NCBI GenBank assembly: GCA_937625935.1 | Contig: OW569350.1 | Coordinates: 1 to 64,000 of the forward strand | Source: Tetramitus jugosus | Taxonomy: Eukaryota; Protista; Heterolobosea | Direction of reading: 5' to 3' | Length of the DNA stretch: 64,000 bases | In this document: positions 9,870 through 20,069 of the stretch, piece by piece | How positions within the stretch are numbered: position 1 is the first letter of the stretch | How the letters are laid out: each line of letters opens with the position of its first letter | Notes under the pieces: model-generated | Told to the model about the DNA's origin: nothing | Databases searched by the model: none | What the model saw: only the letters and a program-made list of their open reading frames with translations | Made by a program: the position numbers and the translations under genes

Positions 9870-11021
9870 ATGAATCACATGTCAGTAGCACCCTCTCTGT
9901 TGACAATTGGAGAATATCATGCAGAGGCACGCAAGAAGCTGCCTCAAATGTACTACGACTATTATCGATCCGGCGCCGATGATATGATTACTCTCAATTG
10001 GAATCAATCCGATTTTCAAAAGCTCAAAATCAGACCGAGAATGCTCATTGACGTGAGTCACATTGACACAAGTATTCAACTGTTAAACAATAAGAATATG
10101 GTGATTGATTTTCCTGTCATGATTGCTCCCACTGCCATGCACAAATTGGCAAACACTGAGGGAGAGTTGGCCACTGCGAGAGCCGCTGCAAAAATGGGCA
10201 CAGTATTTACATTGTCCAGCTTGTCGACGAGCTCTATTAAGGATGTTGCTGCTCAGAAAACTTGTTCAGCTCATCATCAATGGTTCCAGCTATACATTAC
10301 AAAGAACAGAAAATTGACAGAACAATTGGTTCGAAGTGCTGAACAAAATGGATACACTGCATTGGTGTTAACAGTTGATGCTCCTAAACTTGGTAATCGT
10401 ATTGCAGATCATCACAACAAGTTTCACCTGCCAGAAGGCATGTCTCTCGTCAATCTCATGGACGCCTTGAAGCAAGTGGGTGAAGATACGGAACAAAAGA
10501 AACAAACATCTGCGTTGAATCAATATTTCCAGACTCAAATAGATGATTCACTCACATGGAAAGATGTTCAATGGCTCAAAACCATAACCCGACTACCTAT
10601 CCTGGTGAAAGGTATATTGACTGCCGAAGATGCATTCCTGGCTGTTGAAAATGGAGTGGACGGTATCATTGTTAGCAATCACGGTGCTCGACAAGTGGAC
10701 ACGACTATCTCTACCATTGAGGCTCTGCCAGAAATTGCTGAAACTGTGCGACGATTGGGTGCCCAGGACAGAGTTGATATCTATTTAGATGGAGGTATCC
10801 AACATGGAACAGATGTTATAAAAGCTCTGGCACTTGGAGCAAAGGCCGTATTTATTGGAAGAGCCGCATTGTGGGGACTTAGTGTGTCAGGTGAACAAGG
10901 AGTTACGGATGTGTTGTCAATTCTGAAGAAGGAATTCATTCTGGCGATGCAACTGTGTGGCTGCAAGGATATACGATCTGTGACACCAGCTCTTCTTGCA
11001 ACGACCCACTCACGCCTCTGA
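9870..11021 (+). CDS. HAO1: Peroxisomal FMN-dependent (S)-2-hydroxy-acid oxidase (glycolate/lactate oxidase family)
   Basis: APTAMHKLA, WFQLY, LTVDAP, LVKG, SNHGARQ, DGG motifs; C-terminal PTS1 SRL. Confidence 0.92.
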   Translation: MNHMSVAPSLLTIGEYHAEARKKLPQMYYDYYRSGADDMITLNWNQSDFQKLKIRPRMLIDVSHIDTSIQLLNNKNMVIDFPVMIAPTAMHKLANTEGELATARAAAKMGTVFTLSSLSTSSIKDVAAQKTCSAHHQWFQLYITKNRKLTEQLVRSAEQNGYTALVLTVDAPKLGNRIADHHNKFHLPEGMSLVNLMDALKQVGEDTEQKKQTSALNQYFQTQIDDSLTWKDVQWLKTITRLPILVKGILTAEDAFLAVENGVDGIIVSNHGARQVDTTISTIEALPEIAETVRRLGAQDRVDIYLDGGIQHGTDVIKALALGAKAVFIGRAALWGLSVSGEQGVTDVLSILKKEFILAMQLCGCKDIRSVTPALLATTHSRL

Positions 11022-11124
11022 TATCGACAATAGTCAATGGGTGATCTCCATTTTCTTGCCAATTAATTTTATCATTATAGATGGTAGGGCAGTGATGTGC
11101 TTGTATTACAAATTGTATCGATTC

Positions 11125-11136
11125 TTCCCGCCAAAA
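11125..11136. promoter_or_regulatory. Candidate E2F/DP binding site TTCCCGCCAAAA
   Basis: The reverse complement TTTTGGCGGGAA matches the canonical E2F element; ~86 nt upstream of the DNAJC9-like ATG. Confidence 0.45.
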
Positions 11137-11221
11137 AAATCATTTTCACCAATTTCGAGAAAGAACTTGACAATGAGAAAAACCGTTTCGAAAAGAAAAT
11201 TCAAACAAAACGAACGAGAAA

Positions 11222-12100
11222 ATGAAGCAACGACATAACGAACAGCATAGTGACGACGAGCACTCTGAGAGTGAATCTGAAGAGTATCAAGAACAACAGG
11301 AAGAAGAAGAAACTCTGTATGAGACTTTGGGCGTACCTGAAACTGCCACACCATCCGAGATCAAAAAAGCATACTACAAAAAGGCCAAGGAGTGTCACCC
11401 TGATTTGCCAAACGGTAACACTGAACTGTTCCAGAAAGTAGGAAAAGCATACGAGGTGTTGAGCGATGCAAAGAAGCGACAGAGATATGACAAGACGGGC
11501 TACACTGATTTTCAATCGGGAGTGAATCATGATGATGATTTCGATTGGGAAGAGTATTGGAGAGCATTGTACAGACAGGTATCAGAAGAAGATATCGATG
11601 CATTCGCTAAGCAATACCGGGAATCTGAAGAAGAATTGAAAGATTTGAAGAAATCGTATCTTGAATTCAAGGGAAACATGGATAAGATACTAGATAATAT
11701 TATGTTGTCAAAGGAGAGTGATGTACCTCGATTTTGTATCGCTATTGATCAGTGGATCAAGGACGGTGAGGTTGAACAGTTCAAGGCCTATGTTGACACT
11801 TGTAAATCAAAGAAGGCAACCAAGACGAGGAAACAGAAATTAGCAAGAGAACAAAAGGAAGCCAAGGAGGTAGATTCTGAACTTGCTGCTGCAATCAAAA
11901 ACAAGAACAACTCCAAGGAGCTTGCAGTCACAAAGCAAGCCAAGCGTTTCGATGATTTAGTCAACCAAATTCAATCCAAGTACACAAGTACAAGTAGTTC
12001 AAAAACGAGCAAGAAGAGAAGTCTTGAAGCCTCTGAACCTTCCGAGGAAGAATTCCAAAAAATTCAACAAAGGCTAATGAAGAAGTCAAGGAAAAATTAA
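11222..12100 (+). CDS. DNAJC9: J-domain co-chaperone, DNAJC9-like
   Basis: J domain with HPD; DNAJC9-type 'WEEYWRALY..DIDAF..YRESEEE..DL...Y...G.MD.I' segment; basic C-terminus. Confidence 0.85.
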   Translation: MKQRHNEQHSDDEHSESESEEYQEQQEEEETLYETLGVPETATPSEIKKAYYKKAKECHPDLPNGNTELFQKVGKAYEVLSDAKKRQRYDKTGYTDFQSGVNHDDDFDWEEYWRALYRQVSEEDIDAFAKQYRESEEELKDLKKSYLEFKGNMDKILDNIMLSKESDVPRFCIAIDQWIKDGEVEQFKAYVDTCKSKKATKTRKQKLAREQKEAKEVDSELAAAIKNKNNSKELAVTKQAKRFDDLVNQIQSKYTSTSSSKTSKKRSLEASEPSEEEFQKIQQRLMKKSRKN

Positions 12101-12115
12101 CTTATTACCTCGACA

Positions 12116-14644
12116 TTAAATTTTTAGTGCTTTTCTTGTACGTGTCACAAACCCTAAATTTTTGTGCCTGTGGTGCAGAGGCAAGAAATCAGCCAAGATT
12201 AACCCAAGACCGATAGCTAACCCGGTGATCATTGCCTGTACTAACATTGCTGTACCATTATTCACATCCTTGTTAATAAGCGAGACGATTGCCTTGACTG
12301 ACAGTGACCCAGGAACTTCAAAGAGGATAACACAGCAAGTTACAATCGTTGGATGTCGATGTGAGATCCACCCATAGAGTAGTGAGACCATCTGGGCTGA
12401 AAACGCTCCAACAAAAGCTCCCAACTCTGGAATGGTCAACTGGCCAATAAATCTCGTTAAAAAATATGTGACGTAGCTATCTGCGATGATGAACATGATA
12501 GGTAGAGGCTCGTGAGGTACCTTTAACCCGACGATAAACGATAATGCCCCCAATGGTACCGCCAGAACAGAAATCCACCATGGATAGACGTATGCAGTCC
12601 GAATAATAGGAGTAAAATGGAAGCTGGACTCAATAATCTGACAGACAACTAGTACTGCACCAATCTGCACACCAGCCAACATTCCGCCCAGTAGACGAAC
12701 TAAACCGGCACGGACATGACGTCTAGCCAGCTCAGATATCGATAGAGTAAAAGTAAGACCGGGGAGTAGCATAAATGTTGAAATCAGTGCGGGAGTTATG
12801 GTTTGAAATGGCATCCGAAAATGTTGGAATATAACCTTCAGTACAATACACACAATCGATGCGGCCATTGCACATATAGAGTGGGTAATTGGAGCCAATG
12901 ATGGAGCATATATCGGCGTTTTTATCACAACGAGGCATACGAAGATACCAGATATCAGAGCACCCAAAATCTCTTGCCACAGACAACCAGTCAATGTCGC
13001 AAATACACCACTGCACACAAAATAGACGAAGAATGAGCACAGCACATGGGAGTATATGGGCTTTTGTGCTATAATTACCTTGATCTGCTTCTGAGCGTCT
13101 GTCACTGTCAACTTGTTCTCTGCTACATCTGCTGCCAAATCATCCAACATACACAACTTGTTCAAATCCCACGCTGCTCCCTTCAATTTAATATATCTTG
13201 TATCGTGACCCGAACTACCAAATCCTGTCGTAAACGTAATCAAAAATCCATTACCAGTAAAATCTACCATACATCCGACTCCATAACATGTAGATATGAG
13301 TGTGGCATGATAGTCGATTCGATACGCTGGCATACCAAAACATAATAGCGCATAAATCAAATCGATGATTAATATCTTAACATTATTCAAGTCCTCGTGT
13401 GAGCTCACCTCATACACTTTCTTTGGTGGTGAACCATACATGAGTTCTTGAACATAACGTTTTGTCTTCTTTGTTTTTGAAAGTGATTCCTGTATAGCTG
13501 ATCGGGTTGGACGCTTCAACTTGATGTGCGTGCCACGCTTTACTTTCATTCTTAATCGCTTTCTGTATTCCTTACTCGATTCCCCCGATTTGCTCAACTG
13601 TTGAATATGATTGAACATTTCACTGGGTAGAGTCATGTTCTGTACTGGGTTACCAGGTGCAGGCACAACCGATGTAGTTGTTTCGAGAGTGTCCAGACGA
13701 TCTACTGGAATGGAATTATTATTCAATGTACCTGTGTTCATCTGAGCACTATCTCTACCTGATCGACTCACATCACTCTCCAATCCACCATCACTACTGT
13801 AATCACTATCAAAATTCGATCCGTTTCCTCCATCCATTGTCTCTCCTCGATTCAACAACTCTTCAATCGATCTCTCTTTTCTCATTGCATACGAATCGAG
13901 CTCAAAGTCATGATGATGATCATTCATACTCGCATGATCATCGTAGTTGTTAATGCTATGATTCATACTGTTACTCTTATTAGTATTAGCACTACTCTGC
14001 GTGTCATTCGAGTTGAGACTAATGACTTCATACGGAAGGTCAATCTCATTATGATGCTTCATGATTGACGTCAAATGAGGAGAATGATAAGTAGGTGAAA
14101 CAAGTGTCGTCGTCCTGCTATTCTGCGTGTCATTGTTTTCTGTTGCGCTACCATTGCTATTGTCTGTCGTTGTGATAATGTGGAGATTAATAGGTGTCTG
14201 TGATTTCCACATGACTTTCTTCTTGTGGTGTGGATTGTTCGTACCATGGTAGCCGTGGTGACTCTCCGTGTCATTTCGAACGTGACTATCAGCTGCCGAA
14301 GATGCAATGACAACTACTGCGTCATCACAATTCTGTGAATCTTCACTATCCAACTTCACCTCCTCATTGTTTATGATCGTTGTTGGAGATGGTTCAATGG
14401 TAATCACTGTGGTGGAAACAGCAGCTGCTGTCGTAGGTGTAAACAACGGATTGGTTCGTGTCGTTGGAGTTCGCGGAGTATTGTTTAGTGAAGCAGTTGG
14501 CGTCCTGCTACTACTATTGGGTATTACATTTACTACCACATCATCACCTTCTAGTGGTGGCGTAGTTGTTGCACTCATGTGATCTGATGGCTTTTGTTGG
14601 GACGCCGGCGGTCGATGATTTGTTTTATCCTCATTGTTTGACAT
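12116..14644 (-). CDS. ThrE-family (threonine/serine exporter, Prm10-like) membrane protein with long low-complexity N-terminus
   Basis: ALLCFGMPAYRI, DLNKL..LD.L, LLPGLTFT.SISEL and VPGSL motifs; ~10 TM helices. Start at MSNNEDK. Confidence 0.8.
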   Translation of the reverse strand: MSNNEDKTNHRPPASQQKPSDHMSATTTPPLEGDDVVVNVIPNSSSRTPTASLNNTPRTPTTRTNPLFTPTTAAAVSTTVITIEPSPTTIINNEEVKLDSEDSQNCDDAVVVIASSAADSHVRNDTESHHGYHGTNNPHHKKKVMWKSQTPINLHIITTTDNSNGSATENNDTQNSRTTTLVSPTYHSPHLTSIMKHHNEIDLPYEVISLNSNDTQSSANTNKSNSMNHSINNYDDHASMNDHHHDFELDSYAMRKERSIEELLNRGETMDGGNGSNFDSDYSSDGGLESDVSRSGRDSAQMNTGTLNNNSIPVDRLDTLETTTSVVPAPGNPVQNMTLPSEMFNHIQQLSKSGESSKEYRKRLRMKVKRGTHIKLKRPTRSAIQESLSKTKKTKRYVQELMYGSPPKKVYEVSSHEDLNNVKILIIDLIYALLCFGMPAYRIDYHATLISTCYGVGCMVDFTGNGFLITFTTGFGSSGHDTRYIKLKGAAWDLNKLCMLDDLAADVAENKLTVTDAQKQIKVIIAQKPIYSHVLCSFFVYFVCSGVFATLTGCLWQEILGALISGIFVCLVVIKTPIYAPSLAPITHSICAMAASIVCIVLKVIFQHFRMPFQTITPALISTFMLLPGLTFTLSISELARRHVRAGLVRLLGGMLAGVQIGAVLVVCQIIESSFHFTPIIRTAYVYPWWISVLAVPLGALSFIVGLKVPHEPLPIMFIIADSYVTYFLTRFIGQLTIPELGAFVGAFSAQMVSLLYGWISHRHPTIVTCCVILFEVPGSLSVKAIVSLINKDVNNGTAMLVQAMITGLAIGLGLILADFLPLHHRHKNLGFVTRTRKALKI

Positions 14645-14900
14645 GATATGTTGTATTGTGTGCAATTATTATTGCTCCATCACAATCCACGTTTCGAGTT
14701 GATTTTGTTCTTGTGGAAGCTTGTGGGACATGAATACTGTGAGCGAACAATATGTTTGTGTTGAAATATCTGGCTTTTTTGGTTTGCGGCCCCGCAAGCA
14801 AAAACTCCTGGAAGTACTTCGGAATGTCTGAGCGATTTCAATGGACCCAAGAACCAGCGAGAATACAACACATGATGAAAGATATGCATTATGAAATAAT

Positions 14901-16652
14901 TTAATTTTGCTTTTGTTGCTTGCCATGAACAAAGTAGGTATGTGGATAACGTGTAACAACGCTGTCAATTGTCCAATCACTCTTCCACAAGTTCATCACA
15001 AAGTCACTGAACAGAAAATGGCTCCACTCCTCTCGGGTCACCTTCCAATTGGCCTGGAACAAGTACCGTGGATTGGCTGTGTCATATGCCTCTTCAGGTA
15101 TCTTACTCCTGACTTTGGCGACAAACTCCCGGAATGAATGAATCGTATTGTACAGCGCATTTCCATTAATGTGCATATTGTAATACATTTCACCAAGATC
15201 ACCATCACGCTTTGGATCGTCATTTGAACCGACTGTTCCTCTATAAATTGACCCACTGATCCACCAGGAACTGTCAGCCAAGAACGCTTGATTGGTCAAT
15301 CTGTTTAACCAACCATTTCTAACTGGGAATGTGTCTGGCTCGGCATAGAAAAAGTATTGATATTGAGTGTAAAGCCTTGGATCGAACAGTAATCTATGAA
15401 ACATAAAATTAGCAGAGGCAGGATACACATCTTCTCCACCAACCAAATTTGTGTACCAGAATCGTATTGTTGGATGGAGACAGTGAAATTCTGGTCTCAA
15501 ATCCCCGTTGACTGTTCCATCGACTGTCAACTCCTTGATAACACTCTCTTCCATCTCCTTATTCTCTGTTCGATGGAAATAAAAGATTAGATCTGTGGTA
15601 TCGTGATAAACCTTTGATACACCGGTGCATGGCTTGTAGGCTCTCCACCGCCTCAACTGTTGAACGACCTGAGATATCTGTGAGGTAGGAAACGGAACAA
15701 CAATGGCAAACTTTTTCCTCTCTACAAGCTCGTTACCAACCTTTTGTTTTGTATGGTCTGTCACCGTTTTATCAGCAGTTTCTGTATCATTTGACAAGCT
15801 TGTACTTGATTCGATGGATTTGTTGTCATCACCACTATTGAGTTCATTGCCACACAATTTTCCACCCTTGATTCCAAATGACTTCAACGTTTTATCCAAA
15901 TCAAACATGTGATCCTTGTTTGCAATGGTGTACTGCTTCATTTGCATGTCATTCAATTGCCGAGTGACATGATCGACAATATCCTTCTCCAGCGATGAAT
16001 ACTTGTCCCCTTTCAACAATGAATCATCATACTGGCTATTGAAAGGCAAGTGAATGTAATCAAAATACTTCCAAGTAGTCATCTCTTCAATCATTTCTCT
16101 GTGCAATACATTGACTCCATAGGCAATCCATATGATATTGGATGCCTCGTCCATTGATTTTTCATTGTCGAGCACGTGTTGAATACATGGAACTGCATTG
16201 ATCAATTGATTCATGGATTCCATGCTGTACACTGGCATCAAATAAATGGTTTTTGAGGCAGGTGACTGATGAGAGTTTGACATCGTGTACCGCAGCCGAG
16301 AAATGGGAGATGTTTTGCCAAAGGTGTTGAGCTCGGATGAAACAATGCCTTGGATCTCATTCAACGATGTTCTCTTGACTGTTGAGATGACTGCTGTTGA
16401 CGTTGTGGGACCATTATTATTATTATTATAATTGTTGTTGATATGATTGTTACAATTGGTGTTGCCTTCTGCTGTATTCGGAGACAGAGAGCCTCCAATG
16501 GCATAATTGTTGTTTGTGGGGAAAAAGGTATCACTGTACAAGAGAAGTTGACCAACAACAAGAACAAACACGAGCAGAAAGATGACCATGACTCGTTTTT
16601 TGGTAAAAAAGTCGATCATCTTTGTGGTCGTTGAAGCAGTGGCAGGAGTCAT
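14901..16652 (-). CDS. Type II membrane protein, putative GT-A-fold glycosyltransferase-like
   Basis: Single N-terminal TM after KKR, an Asn/Thr-rich stem, then a globular C-domain with FAIVVPF, YFFYAEPD, WWISGS and HINGNALY. Confidence 0.6.
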   Translation of the reverse strand: MTPATASTTTKMIDFFTKKRVMVIFLLVFVLVVGQLLLYSDTFFPTNNNYAIGGSLSPNTAEGNTNCNNHINNNYNNNNNGPTTSTAVISTVKRTSLNEIQGIVSSELNTFGKTSPISRLRYTMSNSHQSPASKTIYLMPVYSMESMNQLINAVPCIQHVLDNEKSMDEASNIIWIAYGVNVLHREMIEEMTTWKYFDYIHLPFNSQYDDSLLKGDKYSSLEKDIVDHVTRQLNDMQMKQYTIANKDHMFDLDKTLKSFGIKGGKLCGNELNSGDDNKSIESSTSLSNDTETADKTVTDHTKQKVGNELVERKKFAIVVPFPTSQISQVVQQLRRWRAYKPCTGVSKVYHDTTDLIFYFHRTENKEMEESVIKELTVDGTVNGDLRPEFHCLHPTIRFWYTNLVGGEDVYPASANFMFHRLLFDPRLYTQYQYFFYAEPDTFPVRNGWLNRLTNQAFLADSSWWISGSIYRGTVGSNDDPKRDGDLGEMYYNMHINGNALYNTIHSFREFVAKVRSKIPEEAYDTANPRYLFQANWKVTREEWSHFLFSDFVMNLWKSDWTIDSVVTRYPHTYFVHGKQQKQN

Positions 16653-16825
16653 ATTGTTGTGTTTCTTCTTTGAGGTTGTGGGTGGTGGGTGAAGTGAACT
16701 TCTGTGTCCAGTGTAGAAGAGTCCATTTTTTGAGTGACACACCCAGAAAAACCGAAATACAATTTGCGCGAAACACGGAGATTTAGCTTGAATCTTCCAA
16801 ATCGAAGAGTCCATTTTTGTTTATC

Positions 16826-17608
16826 TTACAGGGAGGACATGCGAATACATCCATCCAAACGGATAACTTCTCCATTGACCATGGCATTCTTCATCATGAA
16901 TACGACCAGATCTGCAAATTCTTCAGACTTTCCGAATCTTGATGGGAATGGAATTTGCTTGATGAGTGATTGCTTGGCGGGCTGTGGAAGTGCTTCGAGC
17001 ATTGGAGTAGAAAATACACCTGGTGCAATGGCATTAACTCTGATACCATAGGCAGCAAACTCTCTGGCCAATGGGAGAGTCATACTGACAATGGCACCCT
17101 TGCTGGCAGAATAGGCAGCTTGACCAATCTGTCCCTCGAATGCAGCGATGCTAGCCACATTGATGAAGATACCCTTCTCGCCATCTTCGTTCACAGCTGG
17201 CAAATTATTTTTACAAATGTAGTCTGCTACGAGACGAATGACATTAAAAGTACCTACCACATTGATGTTCATCACAGTCTCAAACACTTTCAATGGACAT
17301 GGTCCAGATTTGGTTACCACACGGTTCGCAGAAGCAACACCAGCACAGTTGACGGCACCATGGATCGATCCAAACTTGTTGGTTGCGACATCGATTGCCT
17401 TCTTGACATCTTCCTCCTTGAGAACATTGCACTCGGAGAAGGCGACTCTTGACGAGTTCAATTCCCTCACCAAGTTGTCACCTTGTTGCTTGTTCATGTC
17501 CAGAATGACGACATTGGCATTCTCTTGCAATAATCTGCGCACAGTGGCCTCTCCCAGACCACTAGCACCACCTGTAACTAAAAATGTCTTATTATCCAGA
17601 GATTTCAT
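16826..17608 (-). CDS. HSD17B10: 3-hydroxyacyl-CoA dehydrogenase type 2 (SDR), 260 aa
   Basis: TGGASGLG, VNCAG, ASIAAFEGQIGQAAYSASKG, MTLPLARE. Start at MKSLDNK. Confidence 0.93.
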   Translation of the reverse strand: MKSLDNKTFLVTGGASGLGEATVRRLLQENANVVILDMNKQQGDNLVRELNSSRVAFSECNVLKEEDVKKAIDVATNKFGSIHGAVNCAGVASANRVVTKSGPCPLKVFETVMNINVVGTFNVIRLVADYICKNNLPAVNEDGEKGIFINVASIAAFEGQIGQAAYSASKGAIVSMTLPLAREFAAYGIRVNAIAPGVFSTPMLEALPQPAKQSLIKQIPFPSRFGKSEEFADLVVFMMKNAMVNGEVIRLDGCIRMSSL

Positions 17609-17753
17609 CAGTAGTAGCAATAATAAATAAGAATAAATTGATCGGATTTGCTCTTGTTTTTTTCTTGTTGATGATCTCCTCCCAGAAATTGCCGACATCA
17701 AAAAGTCACATCATACGATACAACCAAAAAGCAGTCTTTATTTAGTGTTGTGT

Positions 17754-19772
17754 CTAATCAGACTTGATCACACGATAGATACGCTTAACAAAGATGAGAG
17801 CACTGTAAAAACCGACACTACCCATCATGAAGAACAGAGCCAGACATGCAATGAACATGTAACCAAAATAGAAGGCGCTCTGCAAGAATCCACTCATCTG
17901 ACTCTCATATTGGAAGAAGAAGATGGAATAGGCATAGATAAAGAAACTGCTAGCTCCACCGCAGAACACAGCCTTCCACCACCACAGATAATTCTCCTGA
18001 CTGATGAGCACATAAATCATGGCAATGGTTATGCAACTGGTAACCATAATTAAAATGATAAACACCAGAGCTACAATAGGGAATGGAGTGTACAAGAATT
18101 GTCCCCAAATGCTTACGAACAAATAGTACAACTCGATATAGATTGCACTGAAGGGCAAAAAGCCAGCGACCAAAATTTGAACGGCACCTGATTTGTACCA
18201 TAGAGATGGTGGAATTTCTCTAGGCACCTTGTTTGTTCGGCAAGGGGCATCGAATGGATGAGAAAAGTTCTTTGCAGTAATAGCACCAACCAACTGCAAT
18301 GGGAAACTAACTAAAAAGTAGAGTGCCAAAATTCCAGCAATGGTCTTGAAGGGGAAAGCAGCACTGCTCTCGTATGCCAGTGCAGTAGTGTTCAAACATG
18401 CCCAAACAATAAACACTGGTAGGGCAAACAATGAAACAGTCAACAAAACATTTTTCACCCAATTCTCGCCACCAAATTGCTTATAGAAATGTCCACTGAC
18501 GTATCCACTAATACCAGTTGTCAATGCATACACAACAATGAAGGATGTGTACATTGCATTGTTGGAATAATCAGAGTAGTAGGCACCAATTAGAGTCAAG
18601 AACAAAATACAGAAAATGAGTGAGAGCAATTGTGCACCGTTACCCAAAATGGATGCCAGCAAATTCACATGCGGAGGGAATCTGAAAACATTGGCATGAA
18701 GCAACTTCCATCCGGACTCTTCCTTCTCTGAAAATATAGCAACAAGGAGAGTGTTAGAATCAAGGAGGAGGCGAATACGAAGCGTCTAAATAATAACAAT
18801 AACAACGACAAGACATACCATCTTCATCATCTTCGGCATATGCTTGATAATCTCTCTTCAAAATTCTAGTAATGATAAAGGCGAGGAAACTGGTCAACAC
18901 CACAACCAAAATCAATGAATTCAAAATGCTGAACCATTGGATCTCAATCTCTTCGCTGAAAAAGTTCATTTCTACATATTTGGACATACGGTTCTCAAAC
19001 TTCTTCTCTGTTGGAGTCCAGAGAGCACTGTATGAGAAGGTAATCTTTGTGATGTCATCTTGATTGATGTCCACAGCTTTTTCCAAGTCTGGTTTGGCAG
19101 AGATTTCAATCACCTATAAAGGAACAAACATGACAAATACATGTAAAGTGTGAGAAATGATTTCCATCAAAAAAAAACAATCACAAAATAGAAAAAGCAA
19201 CCTAGCAACCAACATACTCTATCTCCATTGTACATGATATAAAAGTTGTAATGAGTAAACAACAAAATTCTTGGTCTAGTTCCTGCCTGAGTCGCAGGTA
19301 GAGTCTTACCAATGGAAACCTTGATCGGTAATCCATCATAGTACAACAACATCATAAACTTGTTTTGAACAGCTTTGCGCAACTTGTTCAAATCATCCTT
19401 TGACACAGTCTTTGGTTCACATAATTGTTTATGATCCGTATTGACTTGGAACGCAAGATCATACAGTGTCTTTTTTCTTCTGCTGCCAGAGACATCAGCA
19501 CCCATGTCCTGACGCACTGATTCCTTCTTTTCGCTTCCACAGAATGGAAGATAGTAGTAGTCATAGGTTTCTGATGGATTTCCCTTGGCCCACATCTTCT
19601 CAGCAATCACGGGTATGGAGTCTGATGGGAGGTACGAGTGCCGTCTCTGACGTTTTTTGAGTGCTGCTGCATTGGAGCTTTTTGATGAACCAGGAGGAGC
19701 ACACTGAGCGATGAGAGCAAAACTAATGATAAGAAGAATTATCGCCAGTAGGGAGATGCTGAGTTTATTCAT
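17754..19772 (-). CDS. TM9SF: Transmembrane 9 superfamily (nonaspanin/EMP70) protein, 3 exons
   Basis: Exons 19772-19218, 19113-18819, 18727-17754; introns GTATGT..TAG and GTATGT..CAG. Splicing restores EESGWKLLHANVFRFP. NPSETYDYY.LPFC motif; C-terminal IKSD. Confidence 0.93.
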
Positions 19773-20069
19773 GCTGCGATTCTCTTTTTGCTTTTTGGTT
19801 GGTGTGATTAGTGTTTTTTTTCTTGTCGTTTTGATTTTTTTGCGGTAGCATGAAGGCGCCTTTTTTGTTCGTCAGATGAATGTGATGTTGGATGGTACAA
19901 ATAGACATGAAATGTGATTCAACGGATATTCCAGTAGATTCACATCTGTGAGGTTGATTAAGCACACAACTATGCATCAGCTTAGCTGCGATATCTATTT
20001 TTTTGTATCTACATTGCTTGCCATCAACACCATGTTGCTGTAGTCAGAGTTCGCAACCGCAAAGTACGA

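Noticed and set aside
19870-19950. Possible snoRNA or hairpin upstream of TM9SF
   Set aside because: Only partial complementarity and no convincing C/D or H/ACA box pair.
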